Below are positions 1-8,151 of a DNA stretch of 64,000 nt, piece by piece. The stretch comes from Erysipelotrichaceae bacterium (lineage in GTDB: Bacteria > Bacillota_I > Bacilli_A > RFN20 > CAG-826): contig SVBB01000009.1 of assembly GCA_015059105.1 (NCBI GenBank), positions 252 through 64,251 on the forward strand, read 5' to 3'. Each line of letters begins with the position of its first letter. Positions within the stretch are counted from its first letter, which is position 1. Below the pieces are notes generated by a model, which was given only the letters and a program-made list of their open reading frames with translations, was not told the DNA's origin and did no database searches. A program made the translations under genes and the position numbers.

Positions 1-476
1 AACTTGCTAGAATCCATAAACATATAAATAACCAAAGAAATGATTATCTCCATAAGTTATCTAAGCACATCATTGATGAAAACCAAATCATATGTGTTGA
101 AGATCTTAAGGTGATGAACATGACTAAAGAAAATAAGTTCAATAAGGAGCTATTAGATTCTTCTATGTCTAGATTACTTACTATGCTTACTTATAAGGCA
201 TCTTGGTACGGAAGAACTATAGTAAAGATTCCAAGTAATTATCCTTCTAGTCAATTATGTTCCTCATGTGGATATCAAAATAAAGAGGTGAAAAATCTCA
301 AAATAAGAAAATGGACCTGTCCAGAATGTGGATCGGTCCATGATAGAGATTGTAACGCCGCAAAAAATATTCTAAGTAAGGGAATTGAAATACTTACAAA
401 GGATGGGACACATCCGGATAGCTTGTTTATGCTTGATCCGTTAGGGTCATCGCGCAAGAAACCCCCACTTCTATAA
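1..476 (+). CDS. tnpB: IS200/IS605-family TnpB (RNA-guided nuclease), C-terminal part; 5' end lies outside the window
   Basis: The frame opening at nt 3 reads LARIHKHINNQRNDYLHKLSKHIIDENQIICVEDLKV... It continues with a zinc finger CSSCGY..x..CPECG and the RuvC-III motif DRDCNAAKNI. Confidence 0.85.
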   Translation, partial: LARIHKHINNQRNDYLHKLSKHIIDENQIICVEDLKVMNMTKENKFNKELLDSSMSRLLTMLTYKASWYGRTIVKIPSNYPSSQLCSSCGYQNKEVKNLKIRKWTCPECGSVHDRDCNAAKNILSKGIEILTKDGTHPDSLFMLDPLGSSRKKPPLL

Positions 477-488
477 GTGGTGGGTATG
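330..488 (+). ncRNA. candidate TnpB omega/reRNA scaffold overlapping the tnpB 3' end up to the element right end
   Basis: Placed by analogy to IS605 TnpB elements. A hairpin CCCCCACTT/AAGTGGTGGG (462-484, 9 bp with one bulge) spans the stop codon. The next gene's stop codon sits at 489. Confidence 0.35.
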
Positions 489-950
489 TCACTGGTACTT
501 GTATCCAAATCTCCAATAATCGGAGAACTCTTCAAATATAGATTTCTTTACTTTGATTAATTCTTTATATTTTTTAACGAATTCAACATAAGGCGGATAG
601 ATGAAATCATCACCGAATAAAGCCTGCAAAACACGGATTTTTTCAACATATTGCTGATTCAATTTGTTTACTCTTTGAATTTTAATAGGACGATCTGCGT
701 CGATTCTTTTCGCGATTTCTTCCTGCTCTTTTTTGGCTTTATCTTTATTATTTAATTCCTCGCTATATTGACGAGACAATTCTTCATCAACAAATGACAA
801 AAAACCATTTCTAATTGCTACCTCAGGATTATATGTTTTTTCTCCACCTGGATAAGCGATGACGATGCGGTCTTTAGTAAAAGAAACCACCTCACCTTGT
901 TCACCATTTTTATTAATAATTTTACTTCCAATAAATGCATTATAATTCAC
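489..950 (-). CDS. hypothetical protein
   Basis: Track ORF 489..986. The likely start is GTG at 950, preceded by GGAGGAAAAAC. It overlaps the upstream stop by 11 nt. Confidence 0.55.
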   Translation of the reverse strand: MNYNAFIGSKIINKNGEQGEVVSFTKDRIVIAYPGGEKTYNPEVAIRNGFLSFVDEELSRQYSEELNNKDKAKKEQEEIAKRIDADRPIKIQRVNKLNQQYVEKIRVLQALFGDDFIYPPYVEFVKKYKELIKVKKSIFEEFSDYWRFGYKYQ

Positions 951-1887
951 TATGTTTTTCCTCCGTTTCTCTTCTGATAGTAACATCAGTAAATCTCTTG
1001 TTATTTTGGATTCTATCGTAGAACATATAGAACAGTTCTTCGAATGCGGCGAAAGATTCTGGTAGAAGTCTTTTGAGCTCTTTGAACTTCACATGTTCAG
1101 ATGTCACTTTCACAGCAAAAAGGTTCGCATAGAACTCTTCTACCGCTCTAGAATCATTGAGTCTATAATATTCAGGTGAATGACCCACTAAGAATAATTC
1201 GGTGAGGTCCATTCTTGAGGACAATGCATCAAGAATAGGAGCGTATTTATTATTGAGAAGCTTATAGTAACCCTTTGTATAGAGTTGGTAATACACTTCT
1301 ACAAATCCTTGTTTATATAAAAACCCTTGGTCTACTTTACGCGCTTCGCCTTTTTCTTTTAATAGACGTTTATAGACAAAACGATTGCTAGTGAGGATAT
1401 CATAAGCATCCTTCTGGATATGAGTGTTCACGATGAATTTATATTCATCCATGACGTGGTCATAGATATCGTTAAACTTCTTATCAAATTCTTCATTAAA
1501 TATTTCTTTTAATGTTTTTCCATTAGAAAGGATAACATTACTAGTTAGGGACTGTTCTTCACCGAACCAGAAGTCAGAAGCATGACCAATTTCGTGTGGT
1601 AACACATCTACATTGGTTATATCAGCGTGTATAATTCCTTTCCCTCTTTTTTGAAGCTTAGAAGTATAATTTCTAGCATCTGGATAGTACTCGCCACCTT
1701 TGCATGTATATTTAATTTTTAATGAACCGCTTTTGATTAACTTAAGAATAAAATCACGATAGAAAGGTGAAAAATGATATGCCTGTTTATATAGCCATTT
1801 CTTGCTATAAAAACCTCTTTTATTCTTGTTATATAAAGCCACTACAATATCTTTCACTTCATCATAACGTTTGTTTCTATTGTTCAC
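940..1887 (-). CDS. putative Zn-metallopeptidase (HExxH), possibly ATLF-like
   Basis: Motif LPHEIGHASDFWFG. There are no other recognisable domains. Confidence 0.5.
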   Translation of the reverse strand: MNNRNKRYDEVKDIVVALYNKNKRGFYSKKWLYKQAYHFSPFYRDFILKLIKSGSLKIKYTCKGGEYYPDARNYTSKLQKRGKGIIHADITNVDVLPHEIGHASDFWFGEEQSLTSNVILSNGKTLKEIFNEEFDKKFNDIYDHVMDEYKFIVNTHIQKDAYDILTSNRFVYKRLLKEKGEARKVDQGFLYKQGFVEVYYQLYTKGYYKLLNNKYAPILDALSSRMDLTELFLVGHSPEYYRLNDSRAVEEFYANLFAVKVTSEHVKFKELKRLLPESFAAFEELFYMFYDRIQNNKRFTDVTIRRETEEKHSEL

Positions 1888-1966
1888 TATATATCCTCCT
1901 TATTATAAATATTAAATGGTGAATAAAGGTCCACCTGTTTAGATGGACCTAGAGATGTATGTTTTG

Positions 1967-2485
1967 TTATAAGTTGATGTCCCTAATAAATGTTTGAACA
2001 TCTTTTATAATAGCTATATCTAAGCTTTTTAATTTAAAGAAGTCTTCTAGCTTCATATTTAATAAATCTTTAATTGTTTTTATCTTTGAATTTTTAAGTA
2101 GATTGATTGAACGAGTCAATAAATCGCAATCAACAATCTTAGTATCTAATGATAGAGTTGATATCTTCGATTTCACACCGTTAATTTTTTCCCAGTTAGC
2201 TGGGGATTTGAGTTTGAAGAATGCTCGATTTTCGATTTGTCGAATCATTTCCCTAGTTACCCCGAAGACTTCTTGCGATTCAAATAATGATTTAGCAGAA
2301 GCCCCTTTCTCTAACCCGTGTCGATAAATTAATACAGCACATTCATTTCCTGTTAATGTTTCATTAAAGATATCTAAAAATGTTTTAAGTTGTTTATCGG
2401 ATTCAAATTGAAACCCATAAACGCCTTCTGCTAATAAACGGACATGATCCTTATTAGCGTTTTTTAATGTAATTGTACTTATCAT
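1967..2485 (-). CDS. small DNA-binding protein: sigma-70 region-4-like HTH fused to an RpoA alpha-CTD-like HhH module
   Basis: GVTREMIRQIENRAFFKLKSP resembles sigma region 4. LLTRSINLLKNSKIKTIKDLLNMKLEDFFKLKSLDIAIIKDV resembles the alpha-CTD. RBS AGGAGGTAAAAATG. Confidence 0.5.
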   Translation of the reverse strand: MISTITLKNANKDHVRLLAEGVYGFQFESDKQLKTFLDIFNETLTGNECAVLIYRHGLEKGASAKSLFESQEVFGVTREMIRQIENRAFFKLKSPANWEKINGVKSKISTLSLDTKIVDCDLLTRSINLLKNSKIKTIKDLLNMKLEDFFKLKSLDIAIIKDVQTFIRDINL

Positions 2486-2838
2486 TTTTACCTCCTATTT
2501 AAGTTGAAAAATTGTGATTTTAGATAGAGTTATTTTGTTGAATAAGGTGAAAATTGATGATGAATTAATAGATTATGAATTTTAGTTTTTTAAGGAATTA
2601 TTATTTTAAATTAATATATGAATATATTAAAGTATCGAATTTTACCTAGTTTAAAATTGTGATTAATAATTTTAAAAAAGTTATTTTTTCGTAATTTAAA
2701 AATTCGTGATGGCAAAGAACGATTTGAGTGTTTTATATTATTTAAGATTTATTAAATATGAGATGTAATCGACAACTAGGATGCCGACGCGCAAGGGTAT
2801 TATAGACACGGGAAAAATAGATAGTCAAAAGGTTGAAA

Positions 2839-2878
2839 GGCTTTGTACACCTAGATGTACACATTTTTTTACAAAGCC
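2839..2878 (-). terminator. hairpin GGCTTTGTA...TACAAAGCC followed by TTTCAACCTTTT
   Basis: 9-bp stem enclosing two TGTACA palindromes. It lies just 3' of CDS 2907..3566. Confidence 0.45.
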
Positions 2879-2906
2879 AATTCAAATTTGCTATATATCC
2901 TTATTA

Positions 2907-3566
2907 TTATTTAAATATTAATAAACTCTTAGCTATATCAATTACACATACTTCTTCAAACAACGTTGTAATGTTTGTAACTAATAAAGCATTACACGGA
3001 ATTAGATAGCCACTCTCTACGAAGCAATTATCTCCTATATCAGAAACATAGCTATCGCTTCCAAGTTTGATATCCATTCGATATAGATCGCTATTAAGAT
3101 TCCCTAGTCCTGGATTATAGTCACTGATATATTCAATTGGTTTGTTATTCGCGAATAATTTATGTTGGCCATATCCATATTTCGCCCCTGTATCGATGAT
3201 GATGTTTCCGTCATATCCGTTACAGAATCCACGAACTAATAATGGATAGATGCTAATGATGTTATAACTTCTTCCATCTACTTCAGTATTTTTGAATTCT
3301 AAAGTTCCATTCTTATAAATAGTTAATGATGTTCTAGAAATGATATCTGTTCCGATGAATCCATCAACCTTACAGCCAACGAGTTCAACGAGTTTATCAA
3401 TACTCATTGGAGGAGTATTTTGAAGAGGATATTCTTTTCCATCGATAACCACACTTCTATCATAACAACCAACTGGAAAAGAACGATTACTGCCCGTATC
3501 GATGAGATATTTCTTATTATTGATATGAACAATATAATGGTTATTTAATAATTCGTATTTATACAT
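2907..3566 (-). CDS. twin-DTG protein, single-chain retropepsin/pepsin-like aspartic protease candidate
   Basis: Two hhDTG(S/A) motifs about 100 aa apart: YLIDTGSNRSF and NIIIDTGAKYGY. Confidence 0.4.
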   Translation of the reverse strand: MYKYELLNNHYIVHINNKKYLIDTGSNRSFPVGCYDRSVVIDGKEYPLQNTPPMSIDKLVELVGCKVDGFIGTDIISRTSLTIYKNGTLEFKNTEVDGRSYNIISIYPLLVRGFCNGYDGNIIIDTGAKYGYGQHKLFANNKPIEYISDYNPGLGNLNSDLYRMDIKLGSDSYVSDIGDNCFVESGYLIPCNALLVTNITTLFEEVCVIDIAKSLLIFK

Positions 3567-3585
3567 TTATTTCTCCTATTTAATA

Positions 3586-4875
3586 TTAATTTGTTTGTGT
3601 TTTGCTGTCATTTTCTTTGTTTTCTTCTGGTTTTTCTCTTACTTTTCTATTAACTTGATAGAGGAATCCTTCACCATATTTATTGAGACGACGGGCATAT
3701 CTTCTCACTCTTTCAGCAAGGTAATAATCGTTCATCCATTTTGGAGATAAAACAACCGCGCGGTCGAAATTACCTTCATCAATGTACCAGTGTTCAAAGG
3801 CCTCTTTATTTGTAGTAACAGTGAATACTGCATCATGGGCAATTTCGACTTTTCTTTCAACTTGTCCTTCTTTATTTCTAATCATGAAAGGCACTTCACG
3901 ATCCACGATGTGATATTCAAGTTCTCTCTTCCAATGTTTCTTAAATGATGCTTTGAATTTATTGAACCAAGTCGCGTCATTTGTTGTTACTTTTAAAGTG
4001 ATGTCGATAGTTCTACCATCCAATCCTTTGTAATGGTCTTTAATCCAGTCTTCGATATTTGTATATTCACCAACAAGTGGATAAGATAATGCTTCTTCAT
4101 TCCAATGTGACAAGCTTTCAATATCAGTGATATCGATATTATCAAAGGATGTGATTAAAGCAATTTGATATTGGTCGAGATAGATGACTGGTTTTGGTTC
4201 TTCGGCTGGTTGAACAGTCTTCACTGCAAAACCCCAGAATGTATAATCAGGATTAATTCTTGCTTCTTTACGAACATCATCTGGTAACGGGGAAGAGAAA
4301 GAAGTTCTTCTTAAACTTTTAATTTTAAAGACAATGCGAGTTTGGTTATCAGCGGCATCTAAGAATAATTGACGCTTGCTTAAACTTTCATCATCCACTT
4401 TTACTGTTTTATGACCTCTTTTTTGAATCTTTTTAATGATGCGGTCATGAATAGCTTTATTCGCGGCGACATCAAGGAATTTATTCGCGAGCAAATTAGC
4501 TTTGCTTTTTACAAGGTAATCGTTGGAATCTAAAGAAGAAACGATATCGACGATATCAGATTCCTTAAACATTCTTTGAGGAACGTAATATTTCTTAATC
4601 TTGTTATAATCAATTGATTTAATTGTAAACGGTAATAGCTCAGGCATATCATTTGAGATTTGCTCTAAGTGGATTAAGATTTGACCCACTCTATCACGTC
4701 TGATATTAGTGTTATATTTTTCATTAGCGAATTTAATAATCTCTGCCTGTGTGGTCGCGTGTTCCTTATCATATGCATATTCTTTTAAATATTCCATAAC
4801 GATAAGCATCTCCATACGGGGAGTGGAATTTGGTTGTTCTTCGTTAAATCTTTTTAATTTTTCTTCGTCCATCAT
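3586..4875 (-). CDS. putative wHTH transcriptional regulator (HTH-WYL/WCX-like), paralog 1
   Basis: Shares long blocks with the next gene (HATTQxEIxxFA..NIRRDRVGxILIHLEQIS..LLPFTI; DAVF..FEHWYxDxGNFDxAVxLxP). The likely start is ATG at 4875, after GAGGTAAA. Confidence 0.45.
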   Translation of the reverse strand: MMDEEKLKRFNEEQPNSTPRMEMLIVMEYLKEYAYDKEHATTQAEIIKFANEKYNTNIRRDRVGQILIHLEQISNDMPELLPFTIKSIDYNKIKKYYVPQRMFKESDIVDIVSSLDSNDYLVKSKANLLANKFLDVAANKAIHDRIIKKIQKRGHKTVKVDDESLSKRQLFLDAADNQTRIVFKIKSLRRTSFSSPLPDDVRKEARINPDYTFWGFAVKTVQPAEEPKPVIYLDQYQIALITSFDNIDITDIESLSHWNEEALSYPLVGEYTNIEDWIKDHYKGLDGRTIDITLKVTTNDATWFNKFKASFKKHWKRELEYHIVDREVPFMIRNKEGQVERKVEIAHDAVFTVTTNKEAFEHWYIDEGNFDRAVVLSPKWMNDYYLAERVRRYARRLNKYGEGFLYQVNRKVREKPEENKENDSKTQTN

Positions 4876-4909
4876 TTTACCTCGCATAATACATATAACA
4901 TAGAGAAAA

Positions 4910-4932
4910 GGCCTATGTCATATTTATAGGCC
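4910..4932 (-). terminator. GGCCTAT-loop-ATAGGCC followed by TTTTCTC
   Basis: 7-bp stem plus T-run immediately 3' of CDS 4968..6293. Confidence 0.6.
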
Positions 4933-4935
4933 ATT

Positions 4936-4966
4936 TGTACAGATATGTGTACATAATTTTTGTACA
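4936..4966. promoter_or_regulatory. three TGTACA palindromes spaced 12-13 bp between the two wHTH paralogs
   Basis: TGTACA at 4936, 4948 and 4961. The same hexamer pair recurs at 2845-2862. Confidence 0.3.
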
Positions 4967-4967
4967 G

Positions 4968-6293
4968 CTATTTGGACTCTTTATTTCTCTCGGCTTCCCG
5001 TTGCTTTCTTCTTTCCAACATGCGTTTTCTAGCCAGATTGCGTCTTTCTAAATATTCGGGTTTATAGTCCCTATTGACTGTGAATTTATATCTTTTCCCA
5101 TATTTATTTATACGCGTTGCGTATCTTCCAACTTTTTCACTGAGATAGATGTCATTGAGCATTGCTGGTTCTAAAATAACCGCTTTATCAAAGTTCCCCT
5201 TATCTAGATACCAATGTTCGAAAGAAGATCTATTTGCTTCTATTTCAAACACTGCATCATAAACCACTATGTCCTCTGTTTCGTCTAAACTAAATACATG
5301 TTTCGTATTACGTTCTAATAAAGTGTACTCGAAAGGCTTGGGCCAATATTCGTTATATTCATTCACAAAGTCGATAAACTCTTTTCTATCTTCTTCGCCT
5401 TTGAAATTTTTTAACACCTTGAGTTTATAAGTTCGTAGAATTCCATCTTGCCCTTTATAATGATTATCAACCCAGGTTTTCAAACTCTTGTCTTCTCCCT
5501 CGATATCAAGTTCATAGTTAACTGAATCATCCATAGAAGAATGAGGCACATTGGTGTCAACGATATCTAGGTTTTCAATTGAGGTAATAATCCCAAGTTG
5601 ATATCTCCTAATGTAAATAACATATTTAGTATATTCTTTGATTTCATATGTGAACGCTGGATAGGCATATGTATAATCTTTTAATGAATTTAATGTCTCT
5701 ATATCCAATATCTTACTATATTCGGCAAGACTCGGATCCCTTAAGCGGAATATCATCCTTCGTTTAGATTCGCATAAACGATTGAACAGTTCATATGTGT
5801 TATAACTTTCATCAGATAACTTCTTTCTTTTACCCTCACGAACATTGATTTTGTCCATTATAGTTTTTCTTTGTCCTTTTGTAGTGTTTGTAGAAATAAG
5901 GGTATCCATCAATCTTTTGGTTTCGGCAGAAGATAGCTTTTTATCGCTTATGATAATTGAGCATATTTTCGCGATATCATCAGCACTCATGAGCTTTTGA
6001 GGAATATAGTATCTTTTAATCTTATTCAACGAAATAGAATCAATAGTGAAAGGCAATAAATCGGGTTTTTGCTTAGATATTTGCTCTAAATGTATCAAAA
6101 TTGAGCCAACGCGATCACGACGAATATTAAGACCATAATGCTTTTCCGCGAATCTCACAATCTCTGTTTGAGTAGTCGCATGATCAATGTCATATGCATA
6201 GTTTTGTAAGTAATTCATTATCACCAACAATTCTTCTCTTGTATCAGAATTTGGCTGTCTCCTTCTAAAGCGTCTTTCGTTTTTTTCTTCCAT
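4968..6293 (-). CDS. putative wHTH transcriptional regulator (HTH-WYL/WCX-like), paralog 2
   Basis: Paralog of 3586..4875. RBS AAAGGTG. Confidence 0.45.
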   Translation of the reverse strand: MEEKNERRFRRRQPNSDTREELLVIMNYLQNYAYDIDHATTQTEIVRFAEKHYGLNIRRDRVGSILIHLEQISKQKPDLLPFTIDSISLNKIKRYYIPQKLMSADDIAKICSIIISDKKLSSAETKRLMDTLISTNTTKGQRKTIMDKINVREGKRKKLSDESYNTYELFNRLCESKRRMIFRLRDPSLAEYSKILDIETLNSLKDYTYAYPAFTYEIKEYTKYVIYIRRYQLGIITSIENLDIVDTNVPHSSMDDSVNYELDIEGEDKSLKTWVDNHYKGQDGILRTYKLKVLKNFKGEEDRKEFIDFVNEYNEYWPKPFEYTLLERNTKHVFSLDETEDIVVYDAVFEIEANRSSFEHWYLDKGNFDKAVILEPAMLNDIYLSEKVGRYATRINKYGKRYKFTVNRDYKPEYLERRNLARKRMLERRKQREAERNKESK

Positions 6294-6418
6294 AAATAAA
6301 CACCTTTCTAACGATAGTAATATCTATAACAAATGTTCACAATAACGTACATTTATTATAACAAAAAGAAAGGCATATTTCTATGCCAATCTAAATAACA
6401 TATAGAGTTTATTAATTA

Positions 6419-6583
6419 CTATTCGAAGAGTACTCCCAATTCAAATGAACGAATCAGTTGTTCTTGTTCGAAGGCAAACTGTTCTGTGTCATCAGCACTG
6501 AACACAGAGGTGACGTAAAGCTCTTTTTCATCTTCAAGAGCGTATTCTAAAACATTAACATTTAATTCTTTCATTATACTCAT
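6419..6583 (-). CDS. small acidic hypothetical protein
   Basis: RBS AAGGAG precedes the internal ATG (MSIMKELNV...). The upstream part of the track ORF is probably not translated. Confidence 0.35.
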   Translation of the reverse strand: MSIMKELNVNVLEYALEDEKELYVTSVFSADDTEQFAFEQEQLIRSFELGVLFE

Positions 6584-6729
6584 CCATCTCCTTTGGACCA
6601 CAATCATATCGCATATAAAGAAAAGACGCAAACTCGTGGCCGAATTGTGCGTCATTATGTACAGTTATTATTAGAATTAAGGAATCTAATGTTAAATCTT
6701 CTTAAGTTCAATTATTGTAGGATTAATTA

Positions 6730-7665
6730 TTAGATTAAATCATCTAATGCATAATCATACTGAAGATATGATAAATATTTCGTTTTATCGTATTTGTTAT
6801 ATTCTTCAAGGAAAAAATTACCCGAACAAATTAACCAAACCATCCTATCTAACTGATAAACAGTAATAGGATTAGAGTTGGTCTCAGACAAGCTTTCATT
6901 AATATGTTTAACTAAATCTTGAAACTCGTTTAAACATTCAAAATCTTTATCGTAATAATAATCATCTGGTTTGCACAATACCCTTGCCATAACATCTTTG
7001 ATATGTATATCAGGCTTTGCTAAAAAGTCAAATGAGCAATCAAGCTCTTTTAAGAAATCACACGTCAATGCGACAGAAAAACCAGACCCTTTTCCAATTT
7101 GATTAATAAAATAATTAATTAGACGTTTGTTGTCGCCTTTATAATTGTTGAGTAAATCACAAACAAACTCATTTTTGGTTTTGAAGCGCGAAAGATACTT
7201 AGCCCCTCTTATTGCTGTACGTGCGAAGCCTCTTACTATTTGATCTTTATTCTCTTCCTTGCTTTTTGTTGAGTCCCAAATTAAACCTTCTGAGTTTCTG
7301 TCTTCGTCATATCTTAAGGCCTCTACTAAATTTAAAATTTGTTCCTCTTCATCGCCATTTGAGCAATAATGTTCTATAAATTGCTCAATGGAAAATTCGT
7401 AAAACATTAGTCGCAAAAAACCTAATTTTTCTTCAAATTTTATAATTTTCTCTTTTCTAGATGTATTTTGACTATGAAATAAAAGCTGGGCGAAGACTAA
7501 ATTCATTTCACTGTCGCCTTCAAATTGCATTGATAATATTGTTTGAAACCAGTTGGATTTGAAGTCTGTTAATTCATAATATTCTGACAAATCTCTGACT
7601 CCACGTTTAAAAGCTTGTTCTTCAAGAAATCTTTTTGTTTTTGTGTAAAAATTTATTGGTTCCAT
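6730..7665 (-). CDS. hypothetical protein, weak HhH-GPD (EndoIII-like) resemblance
   Basis: GKGSGFSVALTCDFL...KPDIHIKDVMARV resembles the HhH plus vDtHvxRv motif. Start ATG at 7665 follows AAGGAAAAG. Confidence 0.3.
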   Translation of the reverse strand: MEPINFYTKTKRFLEEQAFKRGVRDLSEYYELTDFKSNWFQTILSMQFEGDSEMNLVFAQLLFHSQNTSRKEKIIKFEEKLGFLRLMFYEFSIEQFIEHYCSNGDEEEQILNLVEALRYDEDRNSEGLIWDSTKSKEENKDQIVRGFARTAIRGAKYLSRFKTKNEFVCDLLNNYKGDNKRLINYFINQIGKGSGFSVALTCDFLKELDCSFDFLAKPDIHIKDVMARVLCKPDDYYYDKDFECLNEFQDLVKHINESLSETNSNPITVYQLDRMVWLICSGNFFLEEYNKYDKTKYLSYLQYDYALDDLI

Positions 7666-7693
7666 AGTTCTTTTCCTTTTCAAATTATAGTGG

Positions 7694-8131
7694 TCACCTA
7701 TTATTTAATGTAATATACGCATCAACATTGTCTTTGCTATGCATGGTCGCATATCCAACTTTTTGGAGCAAGGCGGCAATAAAAGATGACGCCGCATATA
7801 CACTATCGCCATCTTGTTTGTTAAAACATCTTCTCGCTAAAATGCCATCAATCGTATTTTCTAGCCACTCATTATCACCAAGCTTAACTCCATTACGAGC
7901 AACATTTGCTCCGTAATATACTTTTCCTCTATTGAATCTAGCAACGATTTGCATTTCATGTTCCAAAGCATCCATACAATCAAACGGAAATACAGCTGGG
8001 CCTTTATCACAGACAAACCCTTCACCATCTTCCGTAACCTTAAAGACAATGCGATTGCTCGCTCTTAAAGTCGAGCACCTAATTACCCCGTTGTTTTCTT
8101 TAAAGGCATCAATAAGTATCTGTTTAAGCAT
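7694..8131 (-). CDS. hypothetical protein
   Basis: RBS AGGAGA. It starts 20 nt downstream of addA, so it is probably co-transcribed. Confidence 0.5.
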   Translation of the reverse strand: MLKQILIDAFKENNGVIRCSTLRASNRIVFKVTEDGEGFVCDKGPAVFPFDCMDALEHEMQIVARFNRGKVYYGANVARNGVKLGDNEWLENTIDGILARRCFNKQDGDSVYAASSFIAALLQKVGYATMHSKDNVDAYITLNNR

Positions 8132-8151
8132 AATTTGTCTCCTAGTTATTC

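Noticed and set aside
2845-2862. TGTACA motifs scattered through intergenic regions (also near 6347, 6660, 14203, 21673, 36388 and 44627) as a global regulatory motif
   Set aside because: An AT-rich 6-bp palindrome is expected to occur by chance in AT-rich spacers. Only the clustered triplet at 4936-4966 and the pair at 2845-2862 are retained as possibly meaningful.
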